A stretch of DNA of 64,000 nt, taken from the NCBI GenBank assembly GCA_964621445.1, contig CAZUNO010000003.1, forward strand, positions 124,664-188,663, read 5' to 3'. Shown here in pieces: positions 59,575-64,000 of this stretch. Below the pieces are notes generated by a model that had not been told where the DNA came from, did not search any database, and saw only the letters and a program-made list of their open reading frames with translations. A program made the position numbers and the translations under genes. Position 1 is the stretch's first letter. Each line of letters opens with the position of its first letter. The stretch is from Candidatus Hadarchaeota archaeon. Lineage in GTDB: Archaea > CAYQAE01 > CAYVLA01.

Positions 59575-59868
59575 GAGATTGGCGCAGGGCAGGACATTCG
59601 TTCTGTCCGTGGAGTCGGTGGTGTCTTTTCTCTATCGATGCTTGAACTTGGTATCTCCGCCTGGTGTATAGTTTGGGTTTGACCATCAGGGTCCATAACG
59701 CTACGGCGTAAGCTCTACCGGAAAGTTGAATCCACGACTTTGAGATAGGTATTGTTGGTTTAAGACATACCTGGATTTCCGATTGGACCTCATCGTGATT
59801 TTAAAAAGAATCAACTATTGTGGGCAATATTAAAATAATGGGTAATTGATATATTGTGGGTAGATTCT

Positions 59869-60108
59869 ATGACGGTTGCGGCGAGATTGGATGACAGGGG
59901 AAGGATTACAGTACCGGCTTCGGTAAGAAAGAAATTGGGATTCAATAGGGGAGATCTTCTCGAGATTAGAGTGGAGGACTCAAGAATTATACTCTCGCCC
60001 TTTAAAAATGAAGAAGGAAAAAAGCTCGACGAATTAATCGGTGATTTAAAATTTGACAGGTCTTCTAGGAGGGAGGCTGAATCTTGGCTAGAGGACCAGA
60101 ATATTTAG
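59869..60108 (+). CDS. AbrB/SpoVT-family antitoxin
   Basis: 'RLDDRGRITVPASVRKKLGFNRGDLLEI' swapped-hairpin motif; overlaps the next PIN gene. Confidence 0.55.
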   Translation: MTVAARLDDRGRITVPASVRKKLGFNRGDLLEIRVEDSRIILSPFKNEEGKKLDELIGDLKFDRSSRREAESWLEDQNI

Positions 60109-60527
60109 TTGAGACCGATTTCATTTTCGGGCTTAGACAGGGTGATAGATTGCATGATCATGTTTCTGCTGCCCTGGAAAGAAACCTTGAGGGTGAAATC
60201 AGCCTCTGTATTTCCGCTGTGGCTCCAATTGAGACAAATGCGGTAATGGCATCTCGGGGTGTCAGCGAGCATCGGATTAGCGCTGCCTTTTTGCTCATTA
60301 ACAAGGTATTGGAAAAGAACGGGATTGAGAGTTACACCAAGATTAAGATTCCTGATATGGAATTTGCCTCGAATCTTAGACAAAAGTTGAACAGACTTAC
60401 CTTCTTTGACTCCCTGCATGCCGCAATCTCAAAGAGAATGGATATTCCAATTCTATCTAGCGACCCAATATATGATTCGCTGGACCTGATATGGGTTGAT
60501 CTCCAGGATTTTAGTGAGCTCTTCTGA
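60084..60527 (+). CDS. PIN-domain protein (VapC-like toxin)
   Basis: 'LVETDFIFGL' and 'FFDSLHAA' PIN motifs. Confidence 0.6.
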   Translation: MARGPEYLVETDFIFGLRQGDRLHDHVSAALERNLEGEISLCISAVAPIETNAVMASRGVSEHRISAAFLLINKVLEKNGIESYTKIKIPDMEFASNLRQKLNRLTFFDSLHAAISKRMDIPILSSDPIYDSLDLIWVDLQDFSELF

Positions 60528-60834
60528 ATGTTTCTTGTCAGTATCAATTTATCCCTTAATCACGGAAAGAAAATATCAAGCGTGAAGGATTTTGATACAT
60601 AGGGAAGATACCTGAGGGAATTGAGGGTGCTTCCGGTCGAGAGGAGCGGGATCGTTTTGTGGGGTCTGGCAATGGCAATTATCTTGGGGGCTTTTATCGG
60701 GATAGCCATCTTTGAGTACTATTCCAGCAAAAACTAGTCATTCAGAATGGCAATTAGCACAACCCCTAGCAGAAAGTAATCAGTGAACGTGCGTTTATGA
60801 ATTATGAATGGAATAATCGATAGAGGAATCCTGG

Positions 60835-61719
60835 TTATTGGTTTTTCTTCTCATCCCTGTTATTTACCGATTTGAATGAGCTGGGGGAGCCTTTTCTTCT
60901 AGCCTCCATCATGGTATTTGCTGTTACATCAGGATGGCGATAGTGATAATCCTCCTCCGCCACTCCACCCCTTATGGCCTTATGGGGGCAGAAATTGTAG
61001 CATGCCAGGCAGTTTTCGCAGTGATCCAGCCATACAGGCCGACTCTCAACCATCTTTATATTATCCACCGGGCAGACCTCGGCGCAGATGCCGCACTCCG
61101 TGCATTCATCACCTACCGAGTAGCTATTTCCAATCATGCGTATCATTTCATCAAGGGCGGACTCCCTTGGTGCGCCAGTGAGCTGTGAGAGGCTTCTTCT
61201 AGTGAGGAGCTGGACTAATAGGTTGAGTGGTTCGAGCAGGGCGCTGAAGAGCCAGGACCAGAAGAACTTGCCCCTTCTTCCTGCCTTGGCGTTTTCGGCG
61301 ATGGCATCCAGCTTCTGTTCGGACCTGGCCAGGGTCTTTTCCTGGTTTTCCCAGAACTTCCGAAAGGAGTTCTGGGGCATGTGTATACCATATGAGCCCT
61401 TTAGCTCGCCGCCCCTGAACTCGATTATTCTTCGCAGAGCTCTAAGGGAGTCTCCCGCTGCTCCCCCGTAGTTGGAGACGGCGAAGATGTACTTTCCCTC
61501 TATTCCCTCAAGCTTCCCTGCAAACTCCTTGACTATGACCGGCAATGTTCCGTAATATACCGGGAATACAATTCCAATGATATTGGCGCTGGGCTTCACC
61601 TGTTTCTCGTTCATCAGGTTCCCTATTGGAGTGATTTTGCCTTGGAGTCTTTGCGCGAGGCCTCGGGCAAGGACAAGGGAGTTCCCGGTCCCCGAAAAGT
61701 AAAAGATCTCTGAACTCAT
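60835..61719 (-). CDS. flavodoxin-like domain fused to a 2x[4Fe-4S] ferredoxin domain
   Basis: N-terminal 'IFYFSGTGNS' FMN-binding loop; 'CTECGICAEVCP' and 'CENCLACYNFCP' clusters. Confidence 0.7.
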   Translation of the reverse strand: MSSEIFYFSGTGNSLVLARGLAQRLQGKITPIGNLMNEKQVKPSANIIGIVFPVYYGTLPVIVKEFAGKLEGIEGKYIFAVSNYGGAAGDSLRALRRIIEFRGGELKGSYGIHMPQNSFRKFWENQEKTLARSEQKLDAIAENAKAGRRGKFFWSWLFSALLEPLNLLVQLLTRRSLSQLTGAPRESALDEMIRMIGNSYSVGDECTECGICAEVCPVDNIKMVESRPVWLDHCENCLACYNFCPHKAIRGGVAEEDYHYRHPDVTANTMMEARRKGSPSSFKSVNNRDEKKNQ

Positions 61720-61977
61720 TTTATGTCTGCTAGATTTCGGGATATAAATCGTTAATCTCTCTTAATCTGGTATTGGATTTTGATAGGGCTCAAACCCATT
61801 CCACTTCTTGTCCCTAGGGCGCTTACAGCTATTGTTTTCCTGCATTTTCGTTCCTGGTTGGCCTCTTTGTTGGCTTTACCAAAACTTTTTCATCCCTCAG
61901 CTTGCCTCAAAGTCGGAAAATTACAAACGCTGAAGAAGATATTAATGGGAATAACCCATAATCCCTCGTGTGGGAAT

Positions 61978-62208
61978 ATGGGTATAAAGGTTGAAATTGA
62001 TAAACGGGGCAGGCTACTCCTACCTGCGGAGATAAGAAACAGGATCGGCAGCAGGCGGTTCCTCCTGAAGGAGGTGGAGGGGAAGTTGGACCTGGAACCT
62101 TTACCTCGTCCAGAAGAGGTGAAAGGAAAACATAGGGGACTTTTGGAAAAGGATATTCAGGAATTAGAGGAGGACCAGGAGAAATTTGTGAACCGGGGAT
62201 CTCGTTGA
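61978..62208 (+). CDS. AbrB/SpoVT-family antitoxin (VapB-like)
   Basis: 'MGIKVEIDKRGRLLLPAEIRNRIG'; track ORF starts at 61780 but ATG at 61978 matches the domain N-terminus; 4-bp overlap with the PIN gene. Confidence 0.5.
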   Translation: MGIKVEIDKRGRLLLPAEIRNRIGSRRFLLKEVEGKLDLEPLPRPEEVKGKHRGLLEKDIQELEEDQEKFVNRGSR

Positions 62209-62644
62209 TGGAAATACCTGAGCAATTATTGATAGAAGCAGATCTATTCATTTCCTATCTAGGGGGGATATGGTTGAGCAGAATTTTTCGAGAGTCGTTG
62301 AGAGCGCCGAAAACCGGGAAACGGAACTATTATCCTCATCGGAAGTCTACGATGATGTTATATCCGCTCTCAGGAGCCAAGAAATAGGGCTAGAAAAGGT
62401 GATGTGTTTCGTCTCAGATATGAGGGCTATACCGCACAGACCGATACCTGTTACCGCTGAAATTGCTAGAGTAGCACTTGATCTCTACGGAAGATATGGT
62501 GGATCTAGAAAGCTGCATTATTTCGATTCTTTTCACGTGGCAACGTCGAGGCAGACCTCTCTAAACTTGCTTACAAGTGATCGATACATTCAGGATCACT
62601 CCAATGATCTAGGCATCAAGACTGTGGATATTAGGAAAGTATGA
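62205..62644 (+). CDS. PIN-domain toxin (VapC-like) interrupted by a frameshift at a G6 run (62262-62267); pseudogene or homopolymer error
   Basis: PIN N-terminus 'LLIEADLFISYLGG' is in one frame and C-terminus 'HYFDSFHVATS' in another; one extra G joins them into a 146-aa PIN protein. Confidence 0.5.
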
Positions 62645-63343
62645 CTTCCAAGCCGATTACTTTGTCCTTGTTTCTGAATCTGCCACCACAATTATTTAGG
62701 TTCCGTATTAGTGACCTGATTTCTTGGACTTTTTGAGAGATCGTCGTGGTCAATCAGGAATGGCGTCTGCAAGAGGTTTCCAGATATCCCGGGATCAAAA
62801 TGCAATTAAGGCTCGGGAATGGGATATGTCAGGGCTGCTTTTTAAGTTTCCCTACCGTCAACCTGGGCATATCGCGCGCGAAATTCTATGCGAGCGCTAA
62901 ACGGTAGAAACCGGTCACATAGAGGTTTATACGTCTAAAAATGCCTACACAACCCTTCTAGAAAAAAGCAAACTTTTCTGAAAACCTCGAAGACGGCTCG
63001 ATAAGCCCAAAAAGACGGCATTTCTACCCTAAAACCGGGATAAGTTTCCCTTATCGCCCGGCTGAAGCAGCCCAATATCCATAGCATGGCCCTTTTTGAC
63101 CAAATGAAGCCTGCAAACAAAAAATCGCGCTCAAAAAACACCGCAACAACCACTAAACCCAAAAACAAGGCCAGAGAGGAGCGACTCCCGAGCCTTAATT
63201 CTAATATAAAGGGAAACTGACCATGCTTGAAAGAGAACCTGACCAGAGATTGCTATGGTTCCTCTTAACGCGCGTTGGAAAAAATGAGATGCCCGTCCGG
63301 AAACCCAGACGGGCTAGTCGAATTTCTCGTTAATGCTGGGAAC

Positions 63344-64000
63344 TTACTCCTCCATTTCCTGCTGTTGGAAGTAGAGCCACAACCCGGCGGCGCCGACCAC
63401 GATTACCAGTACTATCAGGCCTAGCAGCAGGAGCCACGGGAATCCCTTCCCCTCGACTTCCAGTCCGTAGGACCAGCTATGGCTGATCCCGTCACCGGAA
63501 GCGGTGATGGTCAGCTCGTGGGTGCCCTCCGGCACGTCGTCTCCCAGCTCGATGGTCAGGTTGGAGCTGAACTCGGGAACTCCTGACTCCGGATCGAAAG
63601 TGGCAGTCGCCCCTTCGGGAAGACCATCTATGGAGAGGGTGACCTCTCCGCCGAATCCCTCGATTGGCCTCACATTGACGGTGATGGTGAGGGTCTCGCC
63701 CTGCTCGGCGGAACCGCCTTCGGTGGTGGAACCGGTCTCGGGGTCCACGGCGTCCATCTCGAAGTCCTGTTCCGGAGCGGCTGTAACCGTCAGTTCGTAG
63801 GTGGTGGTGTGGGTCTTGCCTCCGCCGGTCCCGGTTATTGTTATCTCGTGGGTGCCCGCGGTGGTGTCCTCCCCGACATTAAGGGTCAGGGTGGAATCTA
63901 GATCCGGGGTCCCGGTGGACGGATCGAAGTCGGCACTGACGCCGCTGGGGAGTCCGGTGGTGGTTAGGGTTACTGTGTCGTCGAAGTCGTTCGTTGCGGT
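63344..64000 (-). CDS. 3' portion of a repeat-domain surface protein with C-terminal TM anchor; N-terminus lies beyond the window
   Basis: Frame stays open upstream of the track start (63757) to the window edge; two Ig-like repeat units of about 95 aa ('GTHEITITGTGGG...', 'GTHELTITASGDG...'); C-terminal 'GFPWLLLLGLIVLVIVVGAAGLWLYF'. Confidence 0.45.
   Translation of the reverse strand, partial: TATNDFDDTVTLTTTGLPSGVSADFDPSTGTPDLDSTLTLNVGEDTTAGTHEITITGTGGGKTHTTTYELTVTAAPEQDFEMDAVDPETGSTTEGGSAEQGETLTITVNVRPIEGFGGEVTLSIDGLPEGATATFDPESGVPEFSSNLTIELGDDVPEGTHELTITASGDGISHSWSYGLEVEGKGFPWLLLLGLIVLVIVVGAAGLWLYFQQQEMEE

Noticed and set aside
62935-63168. 77-aa minus-strand ORF in the C+A-rich stretch
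   Set aside because: Phe/Val/Leu-rich low-complexity translation driven by base composition; no motifs.
1-64000. CRISPR arrays, rRNA genes, transposases/IS elements
   Set aside because: No regularly spaced direct repeats, no rRNA-like sequence and no transposase or integrase-like ORFs were found on manual inspection.

Overview
This 64 kb window is archaeal and densely coding. The archaeal call rests on an Sm-like (LSm) gene directly followed by ribosomal protein L37e, intron-containing tRNAs, an AbrB-PhoU fusion and methanogen-type cofactor genes. All calls are from reading the sequence and ORF translations by eye; no database search was run, so family names are motif-based. Main content: (1) housekeeping genes, including a single-chain large FGAM synthase (PurL), UMP kinase-like, PhoU-like, a class III aminotransferase, a SAM methyltransferase, protein-L-isoaspartate methyltransferase and rubrerythrin; (2) two adjacent cofactor clusters, methanopterin-type (MptE-like DUF115, DHPS-like, beta-RFAP synthase) at 12.7-16.7 kb and methanofuran-type (MfnB-like, kinase, hydantoinase-like, ATP-grasp ligases) at 18.5-23.7 kb, split by a low-GC, strand-skewed island carrying an AAA+ ATPase; (3) a cell-surface island at 36-58 kb with a three-part lipid-linked glycosylation module, a frameshift-interrupted beta-helix protein, an AsnB-like amidotransferase, and a 3045-aa secreted protein with two caspase-fold (C25-like) domains, FG-GAP repeats and a PEP-CTERM-like tail, flanked by three paralogous GATase1-like tail-anchored proteins; this island is my best candidate for an undescribed system; (4) three VapBC-type toxin-antitoxin pairs at 58.9-62.6 kb. 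Three apparent frameshifts all sit at homopolymer runs, so sequencing error is as likely as biology. No CRISPR arrays, rRNA or transposases were seen.
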